This document shows positions 46,004 to 54,904 of a DNA stretch of 64,000 nucleotides, one piece after another. The DNA comes from a bacterium (GTDB lineage Bacteria; Spirochaetota; Spirochaetia; Sphaerochaetales; Sphaerochaetaceae). The DNA lies in NCBI GenBank assembly GCA_031935845.1, contig JAJBWA010000026.1, forward strand, positions 232 to 64,231, read 5' to 3'. Each line of letters opens with the position of its first letter. Position 1 is the stretch's first letter. The notes under the pieces were generated by a model that had not been told where the DNA came from, did not search any database, and saw only the letters and a list, made by a program, of their open reading frames with translations. Made by a program: the position numbers and the translations under genes.

Positions 46004-46012
46004 ATCTTTGTC

Positions 46013-46279
46013 TTACTTTCTCAGGCCGAGCTCAGCAATAAGCTTTCTGTAACGCTCGATATCAGTGTTCCTGAGGTACTTGAGAAGTCTCCTTCTCTGT
46101 CCGACCATCTTGAGGAGACCTCTGTTGGAGGCGTGATCCTTGGGATTGGCCTTGAAGTGACCCTGAAGATCATTGATTCTTGCTGTGAGAAGTGCAATCT
46201 GAACCTCTGTTGCACCCGTGTTCTTTGCGTCACCGCCGAACTTTGCGATGAGCTCCTGCTTTGTTTCCTTGGTAACCAT
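46013..46279 (-). CDS. rpsO: 30S ribosomal protein S15
   Basis: 88 aa; [48 protein letters not shown]. Confidence 0.93.
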   Translation of the reverse strand: MVTKETKQELIAKFGGDAKNTGATEVQIALLTARINDLQGHFKANPKDHASNRGLLKMVGQRRRLLKYLRNTDIERYRKLIAELGLRK

Positions 46280-46282
46280 CCG

Positions 46283-47092
46283 TTACACTCCTAGGAAGAT
46301 AATCCCATCCGGCTTCATCCGCACAGGCAGCTCCAGAGCCAGATGGTCCTCTGAAACGAAGGCTTCGGTTTCCACCGATCTTCCCTCTGCTGTCGCTCTC
46401 ACCTTGTACCTCCCTTCCTTGGGAAGGAGAAGTCCAAGAGTGCGGACGTCGATGAACAGGCGTTTCTGACTCGCATCCCCGCAGTCATCATCCTCGATGA
46501 ACGATGCACCCCTGAGGTCAAGACTGTACGCTCTGCCAAGCAACCTGGACACTTTGTCCAAATCACCTGTTAGGAGACACCCGCGTATCAGAGAGCTGCT
46601 TACCACCTCATCGTCCATGACGACGGGAGGAATCACCCTGAGATATGCGGATGAAGTATATTTGGACAACAGCACTTTTATCTCAGACGGGCCTACGCTG
46701 GAAGCTCTGGCACCTGCTCTGAAGCTGTCCCCAACAACCATTGCCCGTACCTCATACGACGTACACAGGAGGGCAATGAACTCCTCACCCGTCAGTTTAC
46801 TCATATCATCAGAAAAGTCAATCACACAGTGATAATTAATTCCTCTGTCCGACAACATTTCTTCAAACTGTCCGCTGCTCTGCATCGCTGCCGCCGAAGG
46901 CATTGATTCCTTGGCCATCTTGGGGTTGCGCGAGAACGTGACCGCCACGCTTTGCACAGACAGGTCCCGGGCCAGCTTCACCGTCTCATCGATTATGGCC
47001 TGATGCCCCAGGTGCATGCCGTCGAACACGCCGATGCAGATGACGCATGGAACATCCCTGAATGAAAAATCGGCAAACTGCTTATGAATCAT
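46283..47092 (-). CDS. ribF: FMN adenylyltransferase (RibF-like) with an atypical short C-terminal domain
   Basis: N-terminal VICIGVFDGMHLGHQAII nucleotidyltransferase motif. 269 aa. The C-terminal domain lacks the GFPTAN motif (see findings). Confidence 0.78.
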   Translation of the reverse strand: MIHKQFADFSFRDVPCVICIGVFDGMHLGHQAIIDETVKLARDLSVQSVAVTFSRNPKMAKESMPSAAAMQSSGQFEEMLSDRGINYHCVIDFSDDMSKLTGEEFIALLCTSYEVRAMVVGDSFRAGARASSVGPSEIKVLLSKYTSSAYLRVIPPVVMDDEVVSSSLIRGCLLTGDLDKVSRLLGRAYSLDLRGASFIEDDDCGDASQKRLFIDVRTLGLLLPKEGRYKVRATAEGRSVETEAFVSEDHLALELPVRMKPDGIIFLGV

Positions 47093-47951
47093 GACGCACC
47101 TGGCAGATTATCCTGCCTTCCCCTACCGAATAGACACAGACGGGATTTCCTCCGTGCATCAGGACTGCAAGGCTGCAGCCGGACGGAATCCTTTCCCTCA
47201 CCGAATTCTTCACATAGCCGTTGGAGGCCTTGAATGCCTCCGTATCGTCGACCTCCACGTTCATGCATCCGGGAAGCATCTCAAGAAACTGTCTGCCTTC
47301 ATCCACTGACTCAAGCGCAGCCTGATTGTCATGACGCACGGCATCACGGACATCGAACGGGCCGATCTTTGTCCTGTAGAGGGATTTCACATATGCCGAA
47401 GAACGGCACATATGCCCGAGATCCCTTGCAAAAGCACGCACGTAAGTACCTTTGGAGACATCAAGACGCACGGTAAGAAACGGCGCATCCCATGACAGCA
47501 TCTCAATGGATTTCACGTCTATGAGACGCGGCTTGAGGTCTATGTCCCGGTCACCGCTGCGTGCCATCTGATAGCTGCGCTTTCCGTCCACATGTATTGC
47601 GCTGTAGACAGGCGGAACCTGATACTGGACTCCTTCAAGTCTTCTGAGCGCAGACATGACCACCTCTTCAGACGGCACGGGAGAGGCCTCTACAACCTCT
47701 CCCTCCGGATCAAGAGTATCTGTCATTTTACCGAATTCGATGACGGCCTCGTAGGTCTTGTCCAGACCCATGAATGCCGGCACCAGATGTGTATAGCTGC
47801 CGCAGAGCACGATCATCAGCCCGTGCGCGAACTTATCAAGAGTCCCGCAGTGGCCGGTCTTCCTGTTTACGGTACGTTTTATCCGTCCGAGACAGTCGAA
47901 CGAGGTTATCCCCTCGCCCTTGTCCACAAGAATGATCGCGCTTCTGGCCAT
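47082..47951 (-). CDS. truB: tRNA pseudouridine55 synthase
   Basis: GHCGTLDKFAHGLM contains the catalytic Asp. ATG 47951 is preferred over the GTG at 47957; the start is uncertain. Confidence 0.88.
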   Translation of the reverse strand: MARSAIILVDKGEGITSFDCLGRIKRTVNRKTGHCGTLDKFAHGLMIVLCGSYTHLVPAFMGLDKTYEAVIEFGKMTDTLDPEGEVVEASPVPSEEVVMSALRRLEGVQYQVPPVYSAIHVDGKRSYQMARSGDRDIDLKPRLIDVKSIEMLSWDAPFLTVRLDVSKGTYVRAFARDLGHMCRSSAYVKSLYRTKIGPFDVRDAVRHDNQAALESVDEGRQFLEMLPGCMNVEVDDTEAFKASNGYVKNSVRERIPSGCSLAVLMHGGNPVCVYSVGEGRIICQVRHDS

Positions 47952-47953
47952 TC

Positions 47954-48298
47954 TCACTGCCTGATGCTCTCCAACAAGGCATCGATCCTTGCGGCGTCAC
48001 GCTCGGTGGTGTCTGCCACGAAGTTGAGCTTGGGAGTGTTCTTGGTCTTGAGCACCCTGGCGATGCGGGCCTGGATGAAGCCCGCAGCGCTCTGAAGAGC
48101 CGTGACGGAGTTCTGAAGCTGTCTGTCCTCAAGGCATGATACGTAAAGCGTTGCGTAGGCATTGTCCTTTGACAGGGAAATGTCGTTCACGCTTGCAAAA
48201 CGGCTCAGCTTGGGATTCTTGATCTCTCCGCTGACAATGAGGGTGTTCACCACCTCCATTATGCGGGCTTCGTTCCTGCTCTGGATGTAATCTGCCAT
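47954..48298 (-). CDS. rbfA: ribosome-binding factor A
   Basis: 114 aa. Conserved position after infB. The ATG overlaps the infB stop by 1 nt. Confidence 0.88.
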   Translation of the reverse strand: MADYIQSRNEARIMEVVNTLIVSGEIKNPKLSRFASVNDISLSKDNAYATLYVSCLEDRQLQNSVTALQSAAGFIQARIARVLKTKNTPKLNFVADTTERDAARIDALLESIRQ

Positions 48299-50997
48299 CA
48301 GATGTACTCTCCCGTATCCTCGAGCTTGCGGGCCTTCTCCTGGATCTCGACGAACTCAAACGTATCGCCTACCTGAAGGTCCTGGAAATCGGCAATGCCG
48401 ATACCGCACTCGAATCCCATGGCCACCTCACGCACATCGTCCTTGAATCTCTTGAGAGACGTGATCTTGACCAGCTCGTGGTTGATCTGGATGTTGTCCC
48501 TGATCACGCGGCAGAAATTGTTGCGCTTGACGCTTCCGCTGGTGACGTAACAACCTGCAACAAGACCGCCCTTAGGCACCTTGAAGACCTGTCTGACCTC
48601 TGCGATACCGACATCCACCTCGGTGCGCTCCGGGCTGAGCATGCCCTCCATGGCTGCTTTGACATCGTCCACGACATTGTAGATGATGTTGTACTTGCGG
48701 ATTTCGATCTTCTCTGCATCCGCACGGGCCTGTGCCTTGGGTGTTGGCCTGACATTGAAGCCGATGACAAGAGCCGGATTCTCGGAAGCCGAGGCCAGGT
48801 TGATGTCGTCCTCGATGATGGCGCCAGCAGCGGCACGGATGACGCGCACGCGGATTTCAGGCGTGGAGAGCTTCTCCAAAGCGCTCTGTATGGCTTCTAC
48901 AGAACCCTGCACATCACCCTTGATGATGATGTTGAGCTCCTGCACCTCGCCTTCCTGGATTGCTGCGTTGAGTGTCTCAAGCGTGACCTTCTTGAACTTG
49001 CTTGCCTGGTTCAGGCGCTCAAGCTCCTGTCTCTTGGTACCGATCTGACGGGCCTGCTTCTCGTTCTCACAGACCTGGAACGGATCACCTGCAGACGGGA
49101 CATCGGAAAGACCGATGACCTCAACAGGTGTGGAAGGACCGGCGCTCTGGATCTTCTTGCCCTTGTCGTCGTACATGGCCCTGACACGTCCCGGATAGAT
49201 ACCGGAAACATAGTAGTCGCCCTGCTTGAGTGTTCCTCTCTGGACAATCACGGAAGCCACGATACCGCGGCCCTGGTCTATCCTTGCCTCAAGGACCTTA
49301 CCTTCTGCCCTGCAGTTGGGATTGGCCCTGAGGTCCATCATCTCAGCCTGAAGCAGGATGGTGTCCAGAAGGTCATCGATACCGATCTTCTGCAAAGCGG
49401 AAATCTCGCAGTACAGCGTCTGTCCGCCCCAGGCCTCGGGGATGAGACCCTTGTCGGAAAGCTGCTGCATGACACGCTCCGGCTTTGCATCCGGAAGATC
49501 TATCTTGTTGATGGCAACAATGATGGGAACCTTGGCGGCGTTGGCATGGTCAATGGCCTCGAGTGTCTGGGGCATGACTCCGTCGTTTGCCGCGACAACA
49601 AGGACTACGATATCCGTCAGCTGGGCTCCGCGGGCACGCATCATGGTGAATGCGGCATGACCCGGGGTATCCAGGAAGACGATGTCTCCCTTGTCGGGGA
49701 TGTTGACCTTGTAGGCACCGATATGCTGCGTGATTCCGCCGAACTCGCCGGCGGTGACGTTTGCGGACCTGATGGCATCAAGGAGCTTGGTCTTACCGTG
49801 GTCGACGTGACCCATGACCGTGACGATGGGAGCTCTGGGAATCAGATCCTCCTCGGCATCCTCCTCACGGGCAATGACCGTCTCGTCGTACAGGTTGACC
49901 AGATGGACCGAACATCCGTACTCCTCGGCAATGATCGTTGCCGTGTCGCTGTCGATGCTCTCGTTCATGCTGACCATCATTCCCATGCCGAACAGCTTGG
50001 AAATGATCTCTGAAGCCTTTATGTTCATCTTCCTTGCAAGATCACTTACCGTGATGGAAGCAAGGATATCTATTGACTTGGGTACTGCGGCGGAAGCATC
50101 CGAAGACTTCTTCTTGCCGTATGACTTGAGCTCGAGCTCGTCGTCGGTCCTTTCGTCCCTGCGGTCCTTGTCCTTGCCCTTGTTGTAGACCCTGCGGTTC
50201 TTTCCGTCCACGGGAAGAGCCTCGGCCGGAGCGGAGAAACCGCCCTTCTTCATCGGGCCCTTGGCACCGAAACCGGGCTTCTGACCGAATCCGGGTCTCT
50301 GACCGTCACGGTTGAAGCCGCCCTGGCGCTGGAAACCGCCCTGACGTCCGCCCTGCTGTGCAGAACGCGGAGTATAGCCCTGGAGTCCCTGACCGCGGTT
50401 GAAACCACCCTGTCCCGGAACACCCTGACCCTGGCGCTGGTATCCGCCCTGGCGGGTCTGGATCCTCTGTCCGTCGCGGCCGTAAGTCACGCCACCGACA
50501 GAACCTACGGGTCTTGAAGTGCCTGCAGGCCTTGATTCCGACTTGGGCATGATCGGCGGCAGGTTGTCACCTGAGATGATGACGGGACCCATGTTGATGG
50601 TGCTCTGCGGAACGTTGGACTTCTTTATGACTTTCTTCTGTACCGGAGCTCCGCCGATGACCGGACGTCTGTATGTTTCCGATGCTGCACTGACAGGTGC
50701 GGCAGGAGCTGCAGGAGCTGAGGGAGCAGCGGCCGGAGCCGGAGCAGCCTGGACGTCAACAGCGGGGGCAGTCTCCCTTTCCTCGACCTGCGGTGCAGGT
50801 GTCTCGGGAGCCTTCTGCTCGACAGCCGGAGCCGGAGTCTGTGTCTTGACGACCACGACAGGCTTCTTCTTGATCACGACAACCTTCTTCTTCTCGGGCT
50901 GTGCGACCTCGGGTTTTGCCTGTACCGCGGCTGTCTGCTCAACGTTTCTGCTCTGTTTGATTAATGTAGCCTTTGGCTTGTTGTCTTCTGGCATCAA
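48298..50997 (-). CDS. infB: translation initiation factor IF-2
   Basis: G domain [19 protein letters not shown] and NKID. The N-terminal half is low-complexity (Ala/Pro and Gly/Gln/Arg repeats). Confidence 0.95.
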   Translation of the reverse strand: MMPEDNKPKATLIKQSRNVEQTAAVQAKPEVAQPEKKKVVVIKKKPVVVVKTQTPAPAVEQKAPETPAPQVEERETAPAVDVQAAPAPAAAPSAPAAPAAPVSAASETYRRPVIGGAPVQKKVIKKSNVPQSTINMGPVIISGDNLPPIMPKSESRPAGTSRPVGSVGGVTYGRDGQRIQTRQGGYQRQGQGVPGQGGFNRGQGLQGYTPRSAQQGGRQGGFQRQGGFNRDGQRPGFGQKPGFGAKGPMKKGGFSAPAEALPVDGKNRRVYNKGKDKDRRDERTDDELELKSYGKKKSSDASAAVPKSIDILASITVSDLARKMNIKASEIISKLFGMGMMVSMNESIDSDTATIIAEEYGCSVHLVNLYDETVIAREEDAEEDLIPRAPIVTVMGHVDHGKTKLLDAIRSANVTAGEFGGITQHIGAYKVNIPDKGDIVFLDTPGHAAFTMMRARGAQLTDIVVLVVAANDGVMPQTLEAIDHANAAKVPIIVAINKIDLPDAKPERVMQQLSDKGLIPEAWGGQTLYCEISALQKIGIDDLLDTILLQAEMMDLRANPNCRAEGKVLEARIDQGRGIVASVIVQRGTLKQGDYYVSGIYPGRVRAMYDDKGKKIQSAGPSTPVEVIGLSDVPSAGDPFQVCENEKQARQIGTKRQELERLNQASKFKKVTLETLNAAIQEGEVQELNIIIKGDVQGSVEAIQSALEKLSTPEIRVRVIRAAAGAIIEDDINLASASENPALVIGFNVRPTPKAQARADAEKIEIRKYNIIYNVVDDVKAAMEGMLSPERTEVDVGIAEVRQVFKVPKGGLVAGCYVTSGSVKRNNFCRVIRDNIQINHELVKITSLKRFKDDVREVAMGFECGIGIADFQDLQVGDTFEFVEIQEKARKLEDTGEYI

Positions 50998-51015
50998 ATA
51001 AACCTACTCCTCGTA

Positions 51016-52485
51016 TCACTCGAAACTGATTCCGACGTGGCAGTGCGGGCACTCCGTCATGCCGATTGTGAGAGGATATCCGCACTCAGGACAGGCGAAC
51101 GTCTCCTCGCCCTCCTCGGCCTCAACCTCGTCCTCGATAATATCGACGTTCTCCCTGATGACCTCGTTGATCTTTGCAATCTCATCAGCACTGAGGTCAT
51201 GGGATTCATCATGCATGTTGGCGAAATCCGCATCCGTGAGGTTGATGAACTCCTCGACGGTCCAGATGTCATAGTAGTGGAGCTTTTCGATCAGAGCCTC
51301 GTCGATCGGCAGATCGGTGAGCATCATCTCTTCTTCGCCCTCGCCTCCGGCGGCCTCTGAAGCAACCTGCATGTCGTCATCCATGAACACGGAATCGGCT
51401 ACGGCTCTTGCCTCACGCACGTAATCCATCTCGGAGAACTGCTCCTGTGTCTTGACGTTGACAACCCAGTCACAGAGCCTGTTCACCAGCCTGACGTTCA
51501 GGCCCTGCTTTCCGATTGCAAGTGAAAGCTGGCTCTCGTCGACGATTGCAACGGCCTCTTTCTTGACCTGGTCGATCACGTAGACCTTGAGGACCTTGGC
51601 GGGAGAAAGAGCATTTGCAATGTACTCAAGCGGATTCGGATCCCACTTGATGACATCGATGCGCTCGTCGTCCAGTTCCTTCATGATGGCCTGGATCCTG
51701 TTGCCCTTGAGACCTACACAGGTACCTACGGCATCGGCATCGACCTTTCTGGGAGCAACGGAGACCTTGGTCCTGTAACCGGCCTCGCGCACGATCTTCA
51801 TGATCTCGATGGAAGGATCCTTGGCAACAAGCTCGGGAACATAGATCTCGAAGAGCTTGCGTACGAAGTCCTCATGGACACGGCTCAGGATGACCCTGAT
51901 GTTCTTGTCCGACCTCTCGTCAGGTCTGACGGACTCCACATAGCAGCGGATCTTGTCGCCCTTTGTGTAGAACTCCTTGGGGCTCTGGTTCTTTCTGGGA
52001 AGATAACCGGAAGTCCTTCCGAGATCGATGATCAGATCTCCGTCCTTCTCGCCCTGGACATAACCGTTGATGATTTCTCCGACCTTGCCCTTGAACTCCT
52101 GCATCAGCTCGTCCTTCTGGATCTCCCTGATGGCGCTCTGGGCTCTCTGCTTTCCTGTCTGGACGCTTATGCGGTCAAAGCTCTTGGGATCGATGGGAAT
52201 CAGAAGCTCGTCGCCGATCTCGGCCTCGTCACTGAGTTCCTGCGCCTCGTCAAGGGGAATCTCCCTGACCTCGTCGTAGTAGTTGTCCTCGTCCACGACG
52301 GTCTTGCGGGATGCAAGCTCGACTGATGACAGGTCATCAGCAAATGTGACAACGGCGTTGTCGTCCGTTCCGAATTTCCTTCTGTAGGTAGCCAGAAGGG
52401 TCTGCCTGATGGTGTCCAGCACCAGTTCCTTGGAGATACCCTTCTCCTCGACCATCGCTCTGATTGCGTCACTTAACTCGGACAT
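51016..52485 (-). CDS. nusA: transcription termination/antitermination factor NusA with a C-terminal zinc ribbon
   Basis: NTD, S1 (GEIINGYVQ), KH1 and KH2, an HhH-like segment, then CPECGYPLTIGMTECPHC at the extreme C-terminus. Confidence 0.93.
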   Translation of the reverse strand: MSELSDAIRAMVEEKGISKELVLDTIRQTLLATYRRKFGTDDNAVVTFADDLSSVELASRKTVVDEDNYYDEVREIPLDEAQELSDEAEIGDELLIPIDPKSFDRISVQTGKQRAQSAIREIQKDELMQEFKGKVGEIINGYVQGEKDGDLIIDLGRTSGYLPRKNQSPKEFYTKGDKIRCYVESVRPDERSDKNIRVILSRVHEDFVRKLFEIYVPELVAKDPSIEIMKIVREAGYRTKVSVAPRKVDADAVGTCVGLKGNRIQAIMKELDDERIDVIKWDPNPLEYIANALSPAKVLKVYVIDQVKKEAVAIVDESQLSLAIGKQGLNVRLVNRLCDWVVNVKTQEQFSEMDYVREARAVADSVFMDDDMQVASEAAGGEGEEEMMLTDLPIDEALIEKLHYYDIWTVEEFINLTDADFANMHDESHDLSADEIAKINEVIRENVDIIEDEVEAEEGEETFACPECGYPLTIGMTECPHCHVGISFE

Positions 52486-52975
52486 TCTTCATATCCTCCC
52501 ATTTATACTCCAGCTTTGCCTTCTGGATGTCTTCATAACCAAGTTCAATGCTCTCACCCTTCTCCTTGGTGTCTTCCACCTCATAGTCGGACAGTGAGAG
52601 CCCGTCATCGCCGGCCTCCGTGATGATGCCGTTGACCCAGCAGCTGTACTTCTGGCTGTACACACGGCATCTCTTTCCCCTGAACACGGAAAACTCATAT
52701 ATGTCCCTGAGATTCCTCTGCAGTCCGGGGGTGGAGACCTCAAGATACAGGTCATCGCGGCCGTATTTCATCTCAAGCCTGGGCAGGATGGTGTTGTGCA
52801 CCAGTGCACATTCATCGATTCCCGTCTCGCCTTCGGGCTTCATGATGTCTACGAACACCTGTACTGTCTTTCCCTGCATGCTTTTACGCACATAGCAGAG
52901 GACCATTCCCAGGTTCGCCACGATATCCTTCAGGTCCGTGAAAAGCGGATCCCTCGTGATCTCATTCTTCAGCAT
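52469..52975 (-). CDS. rimP: ribosome maturation factor RimP
   Basis: Conserved position upstream of nusA. LEVSTPGLQRNL motif. GAGGAA SD. Confidence 0.88.
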   Translation of the reverse strand: MLKNEITRDPLFTDLKDIVANLGMVLCYVRKSMQGKTVQVFVDIMKPEGETGIDECALVHNTILPRLEMKYGRDDLYLEVSTPGLQRNLRDIYEFSVFRGKRCRVYSQKYSCWVNGIITEAGDDGLSLSDYEVEDTKEKGESIELGYEDIQKAKLEYKWEDMKNVRVK

Positions 52976-52990
52976 AATTCCTCAAAAGCC

Positions 52991-53020
52991 GATAAAAAAG
53001 GGACCGAAAATTTCGATCCC
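52991..53020 (-). terminator. intrinsic terminator in the rimP-nusA-infB leader (candidate attenuator)
   Basis: Minus-strand RNA: GGGAUCGAA..UUCGGUCCC (53020-53000), 7-9 bp including one U-G pair, followed by UUUUUUAU (52999-52992). Located between the promoter at 53050-53078 and the rimP SD. Confidence 0.65.
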
Positions 53021-53049
53021 TCAAAAATCTTCATTAAAAATCCTCTTGC

Positions 53050-53078
53050 AATATATCTTTGCAGGCAATTTGTGTCAA
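53050..53078 (-). promoter_or_regulatory. near-consensus sigma70 promoter TTGACA-N17-TATATT for the nusA operon
   Basis: Minus-strand reading gives TTGACA (53078-53073), a 17-nt spacer, TATATT (53055-53050). Confidence 0.55.
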
Positions 53079-53096
53079 TACGAAGAATAAACAAAA

Positions 53097-54164
53097 TCAG
53101 ACTATCAGCATGTTGTCTTCCGCACTGCCGTCAAAGTAGCGATGAAGGTCGTACGGGCTGAACATTCCCTTGCAGGTTGCAACACCAGATACCAGATACG
53201 GCGGCGTGATATCAAAGGCAGGATAATAGCCCTTGACTCCCGTACCTTCTATGGCCGTGCGCACGCCCATGGCCTCAAGAGTCTCATCAGGGTTCCTCAT
53301 CTCTATCTTTATGGTATCCCACGTGGGATGTCCCTTGTCCGGAGCACCGGAGATGAACACGGGAATACCGAAATGTTTCGCACATATTGCTATCTGGCTG
53401 GTTCCCACCTTGTTGACTATGTAGCCGTCAAGGCAGATCGCATCTGCAGCACAGGTAAAGACATCCACATGCTCGTTCTTCATCACGAACGCAGGCATGT
53501 TGTCGGTTATGACGGTTGTCTCGAAACCCATCTGGCTGCTGACTGTTGCCGTAAGGCGTGCACCCTGGAAGAAAGGCCTTGTCTCAGGGCAGAATAGCCT
53601 GATGGTCTTGTTGCGCTTCCTGCATTCCTTGAGCATCATTCCCAGAATGGTCTCGGCAAAGCACTGGGTCATGATGGTTCCGTTGTCGGGGAACATGTCC
53701 ACAAGGTATTCCGCACACTTTCCTATACGGGCATAGCGGGTATTGTTCATCTCGACAATATAGTCTCTTATTGCCAGATCCACCCTCTTGCCTTCCGTGA
53801 GTGCTTTCTCGGCGGCCGGAAGAACGGCCTCGGTGACAAGCTTCATGCGCTTTATCGTAGTCGGACGGGCATTGCTGATTGTCCTGGAAGCCTCACGCAG
53901 GTATTCCATCTGCTTTCCGGGAGCCATATCCCTGCATTCCCATGCTGCAAGTGCCATTCCCATGGGAGCTGCGGTAAAGGGACCGGCACTCTGGGTCACC
54001 ATGTCGGTGATGGCCTGAGCCACCTCCTTATGGGTCCTGCAGGTCACGAATTCTGTCCTTGAAGGGTATATCCTCCTGTCTAGAATCCTTACCTCGCCGT
54101 CATCGTACCAGGCGATGTTCTCATACTGAAGCATAAATGCCAGACCTGCATCCTGTCTTTCCAT
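53097..54164 (-). CDS. eIF-2B alpha/beta/delta-family isomerase (MtnA-like)
   Basis: VRILDRRIYPSRTEFVTCRTHKEVAQAITDM resembles the MtnA N-terminus. ...MTQCFAET... and CAADAICLDGYIVNKVGT keep the family Cys and Asp. ATG 54164 has AGGAGG 7 nt upstream. Confidence 0.72.
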   Translation of the reverse strand: MERQDAGLAFMLQYENIAWYDDGEVRILDRRIYPSRTEFVTCRTHKEVAQAITDMVTQSAGPFTAAPMGMALAAWECRDMAPGKQMEYLREASRTISNARPTTIKRMKLVTEAVLPAAEKALTEGKRVDLAIRDYIVEMNNTRYARIGKCAEYLVDMFPDNGTIMTQCFAETILGMMLKECRKRNKTIRLFCPETRPFFQGARLTATVSSQMGFETTVITDNMPAFVMKNEHVDVFTCAADAICLDGYIVNKVGTSQIAICAKHFGIPVFISGAPDKGHPTWDTIKIEMRNPDETLEAMGVRTAIEGTGVKGYYPAFDITPPYLVSGVATCKGMFSPYDLHRYFDGSAEDNMLIV

Positions 54165-54207
54165 GGGAATCCTCCTTGAATCAGCCTGTAAAAGTATAGG
54201 ACAGCCT

Positions 54208-54897
54208 TCAGAGCTCCGCAAGCCATGAGGCGCCGCAGATGTCTTTGAAACCATTGTCCCTGAGACACTTCAGGGCAGAATTCATGGTGCTCATTGTGGT
54301 GATTATGTCGTCAACGACTATGATCCTGTGCTCCTTGAGACTTTCAATATCCTTCATCTGATCATTGATGCGGTACTTTCCCTCTGCATTTTCCAGTCTG
54401 TGTGCCTTGTCCAGGGTCTTCTGCTGGACTCCGGAGGACCTGTTGGCCAGAAGCGGAAGATACGGCCTCTTGAGCGCCTTGCACACCTCGATCATGTGGT
54501 CGAATCCGAATTCCTCCAGCCTTGCGCTGCTGCACGGGACAGGTACGATCAGTGCAGTACCTGCAGGGTCAAGGCTATCCAGCGCACGGTTGAGATACAA
54601 TGCAGCCACCGGAGCAAACTGCTTCAGTCCGTGGAACTTGAGTCCGTCTATTATTGAGTACGAGAGTTTCCCGTCATACCTGGCAACTGGATAGATCCTG
54701 AAGGCTTTTCCTTCTTCTCCCCTGCAGATTCCGCAACGGTAGACCGGGGCAACCCGAGGATAGCAGCATACGGGGCAGCGGTCCATGAAGGAATCAAAGC
54801 ATTCGGAATCAAGCTGTTTGCTGCAGTCACTGCAGACAACCTCAGACTTCAGGATGGGATTCGAGCATATCGGACATCTGGAGACAAGGTTCGGCAT
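54208..54897 (-). CDS. comF: ComF-family protein (phosphoribosyltransferase fold with N-terminal Cys clusters)
   Basis: CPICSN...CSDC...CPVCC...CGIC, then the PRT motif RIIVVDDIITTMSTM. Confidence 0.8.
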   Translation of the reverse strand: MPNLVSRCPICSNPILKSEVVCSDCSKQLDSECFDSFMDRCPVCCYPRVAPVYRCGICRGEEGKAFRIYPVARYDGKLSYSIIDGLKFHGLKQFAPVAALYLNRALDSLDPAGTALIVPVPCSSARLEEFGFDHMIEVCKALKRPYLPLLANRSSGVQQKTLDKAHRLENAEGKYRINDQMKDIESLKEHRIIVVDDIITTMSTMNSALKCLRDNGFKDICGASWLAEL

Positions 54898-54904
54898 GGG
54901 ACCG

